Shown here in pieces: positions 47,979 to 56,882 of a stretch of 64,000 nt of DNA. Position numbers and translations under genes: made by a program. This DNA comes from Terrimicrobiaceae bacterium. GTDB taxonomy: Bacteria; Verrucomicrobiota; Verrucomicrobiia; Chthoniobacterales; Terrimicrobiaceae. The number at the start of each line of letters is the position of its first letter. Position 1 is the first letter of the stretch. The notes under the pieces were generated by a model. It was not told the DNA's origin. It searched no databases and saw only the letters and a list, made by a program, of their open reading frames with translations. The stretch is from NCBI GenBank assembly GCA_041752695.1, contig JBGSVZ010000009.1, positions 1 to 64,000 of the forward strand, in the 5' to 3' direction.

Positions 47979-49911
47979 GTTGGACCGTCTCATTTACTGG
48001 CTCGCGCTCGGCTTGGTCACTCTGATCCGTCGTCTGCCCCTCGCAGTGTGCTTTGCCCTTGGCCAGTTTCTTGGCGCAGTGTTGTGGGCAATCCTGCCCG
48101 GCTACCGCAAGCTCGCAAGGGAAAATCTTACCATCGCGTTTGGCGGTCAGGGCTCGGCCACCCCGACGGACTGGCAGAAGACCCCCGCCGAGATCCGTCG
48201 CCTCACCTTCCAACATTTCACCACGCTCGGGGCCAACGCCGTCTGCGCCTTTAAAATGGCCGCCCTCTCGCAGGAGGAAATCCTCCGCGTCGCGCCCATC
48301 GAAAACCTCGACCGGATCAAACGCAACATCGCCGCCGGACGCGGCGTGGTCCTCGCCATCAATCACATCGGCAACTGGGAACTCTACGCCCAGTTGGTTT
48401 TCCAGGTTCCGGAAGCCCGCTTCGGCACCGTCTATCAGGCCCTGCGCAATAAGGACCTCGACCGCCTGATCAACGGCGACCGGGGCAAACAAGGCGTCGC
48501 GACGTTTGATCGGAAACGCGGCTTCAACGGCGCCATCGCCCTCCTCCGCGAACCCGGCATCCTCGGCGTGCTGGTGGACCAAAGTGCCGGCGACGGCGGC
48601 ACCTGGATGCCGTTTTTCAACCGCCTTGCCTCCACCTCCCCCCTCGCCGCCGCCCTGGCCATCCGCACGGAATCGGTCGTCGTCCCAGTCGCCATCTACA
48701 CCACCGGCTTTGCGAAATGGCGCGTCGTCCTGCGCGACGAGATCCCCTACGACCCCGCCAAACCCGACACTCTCACCCACGACATCAACACCGTCCTGGC
48801 CGAGCAAATCCGCGAGTCCCCCGCCGACTGGTTCTGGGTGCACAACCGCTGGAAAACGCCGCTGCCGAATTTTCTCACTGCCGGCCAGAAACGCGGCACC
48901 TTCCTGCCGCCCGACTGCGACGTGTCCACCCTCCAGCCGTTCCGCATGCTCATCCGCTCGCCCAACTGGCTGGGCGACGCCGTGATGAGCATCCCCACCG
49001 CACGCACGTTTAAACTCGGTCGCCCCGACGCCCGGCTGACCATCCTCTCTCCCGCCAAACTCGCCCCGCTCTGGCAGGCCGTGCCCGAGGTGGACGAAGT
49101 GATTGCTTTCGAGCCCAGGCAATCCGTTTTCTCCATCGCGAAAAAAATCCGCGGCCGTTTTGAAGTCGCCATCCTTTTTCCGAACTCCCTCCGCAGCTCC
49201 CTCGAAATCTGGCTGGCCGGCATTCCTCGCCGCGTCGGGTATCACGGACACTCCCGGCACCGCCTGCTCAACCAAATCATCAGCGAACCGAAAAAGAAAA
49301 AAGCGCCCAAGCCCGTCCACCACGCCGACCGCTACTGGCGCATGGCCGACCGCTGTGGCGCACTCGCTCCCCCCGCCCGGGAGCCCGCTGCGGCCATTCC
49401 GTCGCAGGAAAACATCGTCATCGGGATCTGTCCCGGCGCCGAATACGGTCCGGCGAAACGCTGGCCCACCGAACGCTTCCGGGAAACCATGCAACTCGTT
49501 TCCGCCCGTCTCGCGTGCACCTGGGTGATCGTCGGCACGGCGGCCGACGCCCCGCTGGCGGCCGAAATTACCGCCGGCTTCGAGGGTAAGGTGGATGACC
49601 TCACCGGAAAAACCTCCCTCGATGGCCTCATCACCAGGCTCCGCACGTTTTCCGCGCTGCTCACCAACGACACCGGGACGATGCACCTGGCCGACTGGCT
49701 GGACGTCCCGCTCGTCGCGGTTTTCGGCTCCACCGAACCCCGTCTCACCGGCCCCCGCGCGGTGCACAGCAGCGTTCTTCGTCACCAGGTGGAATGCAGC
49801 CCATGTTTTCTCCGGGATTGCCCGCTTGATTTCCGCTGCATGAAGGCCATCACCCCCGCGGAAGCCGCCGAGGCCTTGCTGCGCCTCCTTCCCAGCCAGC
49901 CTTCCCTGTAA
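47977..49911 (+). CDS. waaF: Fusion of a lipid A late acyltransferase (LpxL/HtrB-like) and heptosyltransferase II (GT9)
   Basis: N-half H.GNWE, LVDQ, WFWVHNRWK; C-half RSPNWLGDAVM, PNSLRS, PGAEYGPAKRW, TNDTG.MH, FGST.P, C.PCF.RDCP. Confidence 0.9.
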   Translation: MLDRLIYWLALGLVTLIRRLPLAVCFALGQFLGAVLWAILPGYRKLARENLTIAFGGQGSATPTDWQKTPAEIRRLTFQHFTTLGANAVCAFKMAALSQEEILRVAPIENLDRIKRNIAAGRGVVLAINHIGNWELYAQLVFQVPEARFGTVYQALRNKDLDRLINGDRGKQGVATFDRKRGFNGAIALLREPGILGVLVDQSAGDGGTWMPFFNRLASTSPLAAALAIRTESVVVPVAIYTTGFAKWRVVLRDEIPYDPAKPDTLTHDINTVLAEQIRESPADWFWVHNRWKTPLPNFLTAGQKRGTFLPPDCDVSTLQPFRMLIRSPNWLGDAVMSIPTARTFKLGRPDARLTILSPAKLAPLWQAVPEVDEVIAFEPRQSVFSIAKKIRGRFEVAILFPNSLRSSLEIWLAGIPRRVGYHGHSRHRLLNQIISEPKKKKAPKPVHHADRYWRMADRCGALAPPAREPAAAIPSQENIVIGICPGAEYGPAKRWPTERFRETMQLVSARLACTWVIVGTAADAPLAAEITAGFEGKVDDLTGKTSLDGLITRLRTFSALLTNDTGTMHLADWLDVPLVAVFGSTEPRLTGPRAVHSSVLRHQVECSPCFLRDCPLDFRCMKAITPAEAAEALLRLLPSQPSL

Positions 49912-49950
49912 GACACACCGCGGGACGCTACGCCATCCCCAGGGGCAGTT

Positions 49951-50136
49951 CTACTCCTGCTCCTTAAGAGGAAGTTTTTCGTTCTCGTCATAGTCGCCGC
50001 CTTTGCGACGGAGTTGGTCGATCTCTTCCCGCGTGGCATCGGACTTTGCATCCTCCGCGACCGTGTCACGGGATTCTTTCAGGGGTTCGTCCAAGGTTTC
50101 CTTCACGGCCTTCGTTTTGGGATCGGGTGTTTTCAT
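49951..50136 (-). CDS. Small hydrophilic hypothetical protein
   Basis: 61-aa highly charged ORF filling an intergenic gap. Confidence 0.5.
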   Translation of the reverse strand: MKTPDPKTKAVKETLDEPLKESRDTVAEDAKSDATREEIDQLRRKGGDYDENEKLPLKEQE

Positions 50137-50296
50137 CCCAGAAATTCGCAGGGGACCTCACCCATGGATGGCCACGCGGGTGCTTTCGCTGTCGGAACTG
50201 GCTGATTCACGAACAAAATCTTTTTGCGTGGCAGGACGAACGCGGCGGGATAATTTGCAGGAACCAAGGGCGGAAACTCTCCCTTGGACCAATGCG

Positions 50297-50503
50297 ATGA
50301 AAATGAGATTTTTGCTTTTGCTGCCCCTGGCTTTCGCCGCCTGCGCCCAGGAACCCGACACGGAAACGGCTGAACTCACGGCGTACTACGCCCGCCGGGG
50401 GGATGAAATGGCCACAACGTTCCAGCGCGCGCAAACCACGGATGCGAAAACCGTCAAGTCTCCCCAAATGGGACCCAAGGCGCAGCCAAAGCCCTCGTAC
50501 TGA
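50297..50503 (+). CDS. Small putative lipoprotein
   Basis: MKMRFLLLLPLAFAAC lipobox. Confidence 0.6.
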   Translation: MKMRFLLLLPLAFAACAQEPDTETAELTAYYARRGDEMATTFQRAQTTDAKTVKSPQMGPKAQPKPSY

Positions 50504-50507
50504 CCGA

Positions 50508-51119
50508 CTACGGTTTTCTCTCCGTGCCAGTGCCATCATCGCCGCTCACCAGGCCGGACAAGCCCGCGATGAGTTTGGCTGGCTGGACGGGTTTGGACAC
50601 GAAAAGGTCGTAACCCGCGTCGAGCGCCGCATGGCGGTCCTCCGCCGACGAATAGGCGGAAAGGGCAATGCCCGGAATGTGCGATCCCTTGGCCCGCAGA
50701 CGCCGAATGAACTCAATGCCGCTCATTTCCGGCATGCCGATGTCGCTCACAATGGCGTCGAATTTTTTTTCATTGAGCAACTCCAGGGCTTTCGGCGCGG
50801 AAGCCACGCACGTCACATCGGCCCCGCTGGCCTCGAGAATGAGGGCGAGGAGCGTGCTGATGTCGGGGTTGTCCTCCACCGTGAGCACACGCAAGCCGGC
50901 AAGTTCGGCCTCGGGAAGGTCCCGTTTCCGCGTCTCCCGGTGCCGCAGGGCGTTTTCGCGTTCGACCTCATACCGGCTGATCACCCGCTGAAAAAACTCC
51001 CGCACATTGACCGGCCCACCGTCGTAATCAATCTCCTCCACCCAGTCGGCGACTTGGTCGAATTGGACGAGGAGACGGTCCACTTCTTTGCGGAGTTGTA
51101 AAAGATCTTTGTGTTCCAT
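50508..51119 (-). CDS. Response regulator receiver protein with N-terminal helical extension
   Basis: VL.VEDN, FD.IVSDIGMPEMSG, IALSAY, AGYD....KP. Confidence 0.85.
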   Translation of the reverse strand: MEHKDLLQLRKEVDRLLVQFDQVADWVEEIDYDGGPVNVREFFQRVISRYEVERENALRHRETRKRDLPEAELAGLRVLTVEDNPDISTLLALILEASGADVTCVASAPKALELLNEKKFDAIVSDIGMPEMSGIEFIRRLRAKGSHIPGIALSAYSSAEDRHAALDAGYDLFVSKPVQPAKLIAGLSGLVSGDDGTGTERKP

Positions 51120-51194
51120 GACGCGCTTGGCAAAGGAGGATACGTGCCGGGGCGACCGCTCGGTTCCCTCTGCATGAGATTAAAGAAGCACGAA

Positions 51195-51266
51195 TGGACA
51201 GTGAGGGGATCGAACCCCCGACCAACTCGGTGTAAACGAGCCGCTCTACCGCTGAGCTAACTGTCC
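51195..51266 (-). tRNA. tRNA-Val (TAC)
   Basis: GGACAGTTAGCTCAGCGGTAGAGCGGCTCGTTTACACCGAGTTGGTCGGGGGTTCGATCCCCTCACTGTCCA; CCA not encoded. Confidence 0.96.
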
Positions 51267-51388
51267 GCGATATAGTCCCATGCCGGACTTCCGGGAGACT
51301 AGACGACCCCCCGATTGAGCACAAACGGAAAATCGAGCACCCCGGAGTCGCGTCGCCGGGGACCGCGGCTTCTCCGTCTGCCCCGCCA

Positions 51389-51823
51389 TCATACCCGCTC
51401 CAGCCCCCATGTCACCTCGCCGGAATCGAAAATTTCCAGCCAGCCCCAACTCGCCGGAGCCCCCTTGTTGGCCTTGCCCAAAGAGCCGGGATTCAAAAAA
51501 CGCGTGCTGCCGATCTTTTCGTCGCGCGGCACATGGGTGTGGCCGTGCAGGAGAAATTCCGCCCCCTCCGCCACCCGTGGCGCGATGTGGATGAGGTGGA
51601 ACGTCCGGCCGCAGCGCTCCAGCTTGAGCCGCGGCGGCAGATCGAGGCTCCAGTCGTTGTTGCCCAGCACGCCGAAAAACGGTCGCCCCAGCGCTTTCAC
51701 CGCTTGCAGCGTCGCGAGATCGCAAAAATCTCCCAAGTGCCAGATTTCATCCGCCCTCACCAACCGCGGCGCGGCGGAGACGGGCAACTTTCCGTGGGTG
51801 TCGGCGATGACAGCGATGCGCAT
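51389..51823 (-). CDS. YfcE-like metallophosphoesterase
   Basis: IADTHG, HLGD, GNND, HGHTH.P, NPGS. Confidence 0.9.
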   Translation of the reverse strand: MRIAVIADTHGKLPVSAAPRLVRADEIWHLGDFCDLATLQAVKALGRPFFGVLGNNDWSLDLPPRLKLERCGRTFHLIHIAPRVAEGAEFLLHGHTHVPRDEKIGSTRFLNPGSLGKANKGAPASWGWLEIFDSGEVTWGLERV

Positions 51824-51842
51824 GGGTGAGACGGATCTTGTT

Positions 51843-52481
51843 CTAGGGCTTTACGCTCCAGGAGGAGATGGGGTGTTCACGGGAATCTTTCCAGATGGCC
51901 CTTTTAATTTCCCAGGGGACATTGATGGCCTCGAGTTTCACCGTGTCCGACGGGACAAAAAGAAACTTCAAAGTGCCGCGCCGGGTTTCCTGGCCAACGT
52001 GGAGGACAACATCCGCCTCCACAGTCAGCACGCCTTCTTCCTCGGATTTCCAAGTCACCGTCCCGCGTGTCGTCCCTACGGCCTTCACTTCGCCCTGGTA
52101 TTCCCCAGGCACGAAAATCGGTGAGCCGCCCAGCCGCTCGCGGGTCAAGGCGATGACCTTGCCGTTTTCCGAACGAAAGCGCAGTTTCTCGATCACGAAA
52201 GTCCGATGCTGTCCGGCATGCCCGTAAGCGGTGATTTCCAGCCTGTACGGCCCGAAAAGACTCACCGCGCCGCCGCCGATGACCATGGCCGAGACGGCAA
52301 GTCCCCCACCCGCGCCTTCGGGCACCATCACCGCCTCAAAGGCCGTACCCTCCTGCACTAACCGCACAGGCTGGTACCCTTTCTCCGCCGTGCGCATGAT
52401 CATGCAGGAAGAACCGCCGAAGGCGACAAGCAACAGGGCCATGATTCGAGCGGCAGATCGAAAGCGGAACATGACGGCCAT
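51843..52481 (-). CDS. Hypothetical exported protein/lipoprotein
   Basis: Hydrophobic segment ending GSSC, then a beta-rich body; start uncertain. Confidence 0.6.
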   Translation of the reverse strand: MAVMFRFRSAARIMALLLVAFGGSSCMIMRTAEKGYQPVRLVQEGTAFEAVMVPEGAGGGLAVSAMVIGGGAVSLFGPYRLEITAYGHAGQHRTFVIEKLRFRSENGKVIALTRERLGGSPIFVPGEYQGEVKAVGTTRGTVTWKSEEEGVLTVEADVVLHVGQETRRGTLKFLFVPSDTVKLEAINVPWEIKRAIWKDSREHPISSWSVKP

Positions 52482-52535
52482 GATGCGCATTTGACGCCGC
52501 AACTGAAAACTTACAAACTTAAACCCGAAAACTTT

Positions 52536-53657
52536 ATGTGGAACACCGCGCACGAGCATGTCCTGAAACTGATCGCCTACGAACCGGGAAAACCGGTGGA
52601 AGAACTGGCCCGCGAAATGGGCCTGCAAGCTTCGGACATCATCAAACTCGCCTCCAACGAAAACCCGCTCGGTCCCTCGCCCAAGGCTCTTGCCGCCATG
52701 CGCGACGCGCTGGAGCGCGCCCATTTTTACCCCGATGGCGGCGGCTGGGCCCTGCGCAGCGCCATTGCGGAAAAGCTCGGCCTTCAGCGCGAGAACGTGA
52801 TCCTGGGCAATGGCTCCAACGAAATCATCGAATTTATTGGCCATGCGTTTTTGCGTCCGGGCGACGAGGTGGTCACCGCTCGCCACGCCTTCGCGGTCTA
52901 TATGCTGATGGCCCAACTCTTCGGGGCCAAGACCGTGGAAGTTCCCGATCCAGGCTACACCCACGACCTGGACGCCATGCTTGCCGCCGTGACGCCGCGC
53001 ACGCGCCAGCTTTTCATCGCCAATCCCAACAACCCCACCGGCACGATGGTCACGCAGGAAGCCATCGACCGCTTTATGGCCGCCGTGCCGCCGCACGTCC
53101 TGGTGATTTTTGACGAAGCGTATTTCGAGTTCCTCGACAACCCGCCGGATGTGATCAAGTTCGTCCGCGAGGGCCGCAACGTCGTGGTGATGCGCACGTT
53201 TTCCAAGATTCAGGGCCTGGCCAATTTGCGCATTGGCTACGGCCTCGCCCCCAAAGGTGTCGCGGACGTTCTGCAGAAAACCCGCCAACCGTTCAACGCC
53301 AACGGCATCGCCCAGGCCGGCGCGCTGGCGGGCCTGCAAGATCAGGACCACATGGACAAAACGCGCGAACTAACCCATCAGGGCCGTGAGTATTTCGAGG
53401 CGGAGTTCATCGCCATGGGAGTGGAATACGTGCCAAGCGTGGCCAATTTTGTCCTGGCCCGCGTGGGCGACGGTGACGCCGTTTTTCAGGCCCTGCTCAA
53501 GCGCGGGATCATCGTGCGCGCCATGCGCAGTTACAAAATGCCGGATTGGATCCGCGTCTCCGTCGGGACGATGGAGCAAAATCAGCGTTTCATCGCCGAA
53601 ATGAAAATCCTCGACGCCCAGGGACTCATCCCGCACGCCGCTACAGCCACGGCGTAA
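52536..53657 (+). CDS. hisC: Histidinol-phosphate aminotransferase
   Basis: KLASNENPLG, GNGSNE, NPNNPTG, DEAY, RTFSK..GLA.LRIGY. Confidence 0.93.
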   Translation: MWNTAHEHVLKLIAYEPGKPVEELAREMGLQASDIIKLASNENPLGPSPKALAAMRDALERAHFYPDGGGWALRSAIAEKLGLQRENVILGNGSNEIIEFIGHAFLRPGDEVVTARHAFAVYMLMAQLFGAKTVEVPDPGYTHDLDAMLAAVTPRTRQLFIANPNNPTGTMVTQEAIDRFMAAVPPHVLVIFDEAYFEFLDNPPDVIKFVREGRNVVVMRTFSKIQGLANLRIGYGLAPKGVADVLQKTRQPFNANGIAQAGALAGLQDQDHMDKTRELTHQGREYFEAEFIAMGVEYVPSVANFVLARVGDGDAVFQALLKRGIIVRAMRSYKMPDWIRVSVGTMEQNQRFIAEMKILDAQGLIPHAATATA

Positions 53658-53660
53658 TCT

Positions 53661-54998
53661 GTGCTCGCCGACGACACCATCGCCGCCATCTCGACGCCTC
53701 CCGGCGAGGGCGCCATCGCGGTCATCCGCCTCACGGGGCCGGAGGCCATCGCGCTGGCGACGGGGATCTTTCGCGGAAGTGCGGCGAATCTCCCGGCTAG
53801 GACGCTGCACTTCGGCGAGTTCGCGGAAAACGGCGAGCGCCTCGACGAGGGCCTGCTGGCGGTCTTTCGCGCGCCACGCAGCTACACAGGTGAGAACATG
53901 GCCGAGATCCATTGCCATGGGGGCATCCTCGTCACCGCCCGCCTGCTGGAGGCCCTGCTGCGCGCCGGCGCACGGGCGGCGGAACCCGGCGAGTTCACCC
54001 AACGCGCCTTCCTCAACGGCAAGATGGACCTCACCCAGGCCGAAGCGGTGATGGATGTGATCCGCGCCAGCACCCCACGCGCGCTCCGCGCCGCCAGCGA
54101 GCAACTCGAAGGACGACTCGGCTCCGAAGTCGAAAAAATTCGCACCGCCCTCCTCGCCGTCGTTGCCCACCTCGAGGCCTATATTGATTTCCCCGAAGAA
54201 GGCATCTCGCCCCATGTGGGTGAGGCACTTCTCAAGGACATTCGTTCCGTCCAGGCCCAGGTGAACACCTTGCTCGGCACCGCCCGCGAAGGCCGCATCC
54301 TGCGGGAAGGGGTGCGCCTTGTCCTCTGCGGCGCGCCCAATGCCGGAAAATCCAGCCTGCTCAACCGCCTCCTCGGTTTCGAGCGCGCCATCGTCAGCGA
54401 GATCGCCGGCACCACCCGCGACACCATCGAGGAATTCGCCAGCCTGCATGGACTCCCTTTTCGCATCACCGACACCGCGGGCCTGCGCGAAACGACCGAC
54501 GCCGTGGAACACGAGGGCGTCGAGCGGGCCAAAAAAGCCATCGAAGCCGCCGACGTCGTCGTTCATGTCATCGACATCACCGCCCCCGCCTCTCCGGAAA
54601 TCGCCGCAAACGAAATCGTCGCCCTCAATAAAGCCGACCTCCTTCCGCCGGAAGCTATCAAAAATCAAAAATCAAAAATCAAAAATTCCCTTCCGGTTTC
54701 CTCACTGACCGGCGACGGTCTCCCCGCTCTCGTTGATGCCATCGTGACGGCCGCCCGTGGCAGTTCGCCCTCCGACGCGCCGACCCTGGCCGCGATCAAC
54801 GCCCGCCACCAAGCCTGCCTCGATCATGCGCGCACGTTTCTCGACCAGGCCGCGACCGACCTGAAAAACGGAGCCGATCCCGAACTCGTCGCCGTCCCTC
54901 TGCGTCAGGCCCTGGACGCCGTGAGCGAAATCGTGGGCGTGACAGATATCGAGGACATCCTCGGTCAGATTTTCAGCAGCTTTTGCATCGGAAAATGA
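53661..54998 (+). CDS. mnmE: tRNA modification GTPase MnmE
   Basis: DTIAAISTP, SYTGE...E..CHGG, GAPNAGKSS, GTTRD, DTAG, NKAD, FCIGK. Confidence 0.96.
   Translation: MLADDTIAAISTPPGEGAIAVIRLTGPEAIALATGIFRGSAANLPARTLHFGEFAENGERLDEGLLAVFRAPRSYTGENMAEIHCHGGILVTARLLEALLRAGARAAEPGEFTQRAFLNGKMDLTQAEAVMDVIRASTPRALRAASEQLEGRLGSEVEKIRTALLAVVAHLEAYIDFPEEGISPHVGEALLKDIRSVQAQVNTLLGTAREGRILREGVRLVLCGAPNAGKSSLLNRLLGFERAIVSEIAGTTRDTIEEFASLHGLPFRITDTAGLRETTDAVEHEGVERAKKAIEAADVVVHVIDITAPASPEIAANEIVALNKADLLPPEAIKNQKSKIKNSLPVSSLTGDGLPALVDAIVTAARGSSPSDAPTLAAINARHQACLDHARTFLDQAATDLKNGADPELVAVPLRQALDAVSEIVGVTDIEDILGQIFSSFCIGK
54657..54684 (+). repeat. (ATCAAAA)4 perfect heptamer tandem repeat inside mnmE
   Basis: Four exact copies encoding IKNQKSKIK. 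Confidence 0.95.
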
Positions 54999-55999
54999 AT
55001 CCCTACACCGCCATTCTACGCCCGCTCCTGTTCCGCATGGATGCGGAGTCCGCCCACCATTTTGCCTTGCGCCAACTTTCGCTGATCCCGCCGGCTCTAT
55101 TGCGGATGTTCTTTGGCGGTGGGGCGGCGCGGCCGACGAAGGAATTCGGCCTGACCTTCCCCAATCCGGTCGGCCTTGCGGCCGGCATGGACAAAAACGC
55201 CGTCGCCCTGCCGGGGTGGGAGGCGCTGGGGTTTGGATTCGTTGAGATCGGCACCATCACGGCCCACGCCCAGCCGGGCAATCCCCAGCCGCGCATTTTC
55301 CGCTATCCGGACAAGCAGGCCCTGATCAACCGCATGGGGTTTAACAACGACGGCGCGGAGGCCGTGGCCGCCCGGCTGGAACGTCTGAAAAAATCCGGAC
55401 GCTGGCCACACATCCCCGTCGGGATCAATCTCGGCAAATCCAAGATCACTCCCATCGAGGAGGCGGCGGCCGATTATTTGCAAAGCTTCCGTCTGTTGAA
55501 AAACTACGGCGACTATTTCGTGATCAACGTCAGTTCGCCCAACACCCCCGGACTGCGCGATCTGCAGGAAACCGGCCGCCTGCGCGAAATCATCCGCGCG
55601 CTGTCGCCCGAACGCGACGGCAAACCCCTCCTCGTCAAGATCGCGCCCGACCTCGCCGACGAACAGGCCGCGGAAATCGGCGTCCTCGCCGAAGAAGAAG
55701 GCCTCTCCGGCCTCATCGCCACCAACACCACCCTCGACCATTCCTCCATCCCTGCGGAGCGCAATGAAACCGGCGGCTTGAGCGGTGCCCCGCTGCGTGG
55801 ACGCGCCACCGCCATGCTTGCGCACCTTAAAAACCACACCGCACTCCCCATCGTCGCCTCGGGCGGGGTGATGGACGCGGCGTCCGCCCGGGAGAAGTTT
55901 GACGCCGGAGCCCGACTCGTCCAAATCTACACGGGCTTCGTTTATCAAGGACCACAACTCATCCGCGAGATCGCTTCGCTCAATTTCAACCATTCTTAA
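54995..55999 (+). CDS. pyrD: Quinone-dependent dihydroorotate dehydrogenase
   Basis: NPVGLAAG.DK, INRMGFNN, NVSSPNTPGLR, KIAPDL, GGLSG.P, QIYTG. Confidence 0.96.
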   Translation: MNPYTAILRPLLFRMDAESAHHFALRQLSLIPPALLRMFFGGGAARPTKEFGLTFPNPVGLAAGMDKNAVALPGWEALGFGFVEIGTITAHAQPGNPQPRIFRYPDKQALINRMGFNNDGAEAVAARLERLKKSGRWPHIPVGINLGKSKITPIEEAAADYLQSFRLLKNYGDYFVINVSSPNTPGLRDLQETGRLREIIRALSPERDGKPLLVKIAPDLADEQAAEIGVLAEEEGLSGLIATNTTLDHSSIPAERNETGGLSGAPLRGRATAMLAHLKNHTALPIVASGGVMDAASAREKFDAGARLVQIYTGFVYQGPQLIREIASLNFNHS

Positions 56000-56009
56000 A
56001 CCGCACCCC

Positions 56010-56882
56010 ATGTCTGACTGGAAATCCCAAACCCTCACCCTTGGCCACTCGCCCGACCCCGACGACGCCTTCATGTTTTACGCCATGGCGCAGGAAAAAA
56101 TCGACCTGCGGGGCTATAAATTCCAGCACATCCTCCAGGACATTCAGACGCTGAACGAGCGCGCCACCCGCAGCGAACTCCACATCACTGCCGTGTCGAT
56201 TCATGCCCTAGCCTACCTCCTCGACAAATATGCCCTGCTGCCCAGCGGCGCGAGCATGGGTGACGGCTACGGCCCCATGTTTGTCGCGAAGGAAGGCCCC
56301 CCGGAAACCGCCTCCGACGAGGACCGCAAAGCCTGGCTGCTTGGAAAAAAAATCGCCATCCCTGGTCGTATGACCAGCGCGTTCCTCGCCGCCCAGTTAT
56401 TTCTCGGGCGGGATTTTGATTTCATCGTCGTGCCCTTCGACGAAATCTTCGCCGCCGTGCATTCCGGCAAGGCGGAGGTCGGTCTGATCATCCACGAAGG
56501 TCAGCTTACCTATCAGGATGAAGGATTCGTCAACATCCTCGACCTCGGCGAATGGTGGAAACGCACCCGCCATCTTCCCCTGCCCCTTGGCGGCAATGTC
56601 GTGCGCAAGGACATCCCGCGTGACGTGCAACTCGAACTCGCCGACATCCTCCACGAAAGCATCGCTTACGGACTGAAAGACCGCGCCCCGGCCGTCAGCC
56701 ACAGCATGGCTCACGCCCGCGGCATGGACATCCCGCTGGCGGATCAATTCATCGGGATGTACGTCAACGACTACACCCTCGACTACGGCGATAGGGGACG
56801 CGCCGCCATCCGGCAGTTCCTCGGCGAGGCCGCCGAGGCAAAACTCATTCCGGCCATCCGGGAGTTGGAGTTTGTGGAATAG
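56010..56882 (+). CDS. mqnD: 1,4-dihydroxy-6-naphthoate synthase (futalosine pathway)
   Basis: LGHSPDPDDAFMFY, GASMGDGYGP, IIHEGQLTY, LPLPLGG, MYVN. Confidence 0.92.
   Translation: MSDWKSQTLTLGHSPDPDDAFMFYAMAQEKIDLRGYKFQHILQDIQTLNERATRSELHITAVSIHALAYLLDKYALLPSGASMGDGYGPMFVAKEGPPETASDEDRKAWLLGKKIAIPGRMTSAFLAAQLFLGRDFDFIVVPFDEIFAAVHSGKAEVGLIIHEGQLTYQDEGFVNILDLGEWWKRTRHLPLPLGGNVVRKDIPRDVQLELADILHESIAYGLKDRAPAVSHSMAHARGMDIPLADQFIGMYVNDYTLDYGDRGRAAIRQFLGEAAEAKLIPAIRELEFVE

Noticed and set aside
51843..53351. 502-aa minus-strand ORF
   Set aside because: Its N-terminal ~290 aa is antisense to hisC; only the 3' part looks like a real gene.
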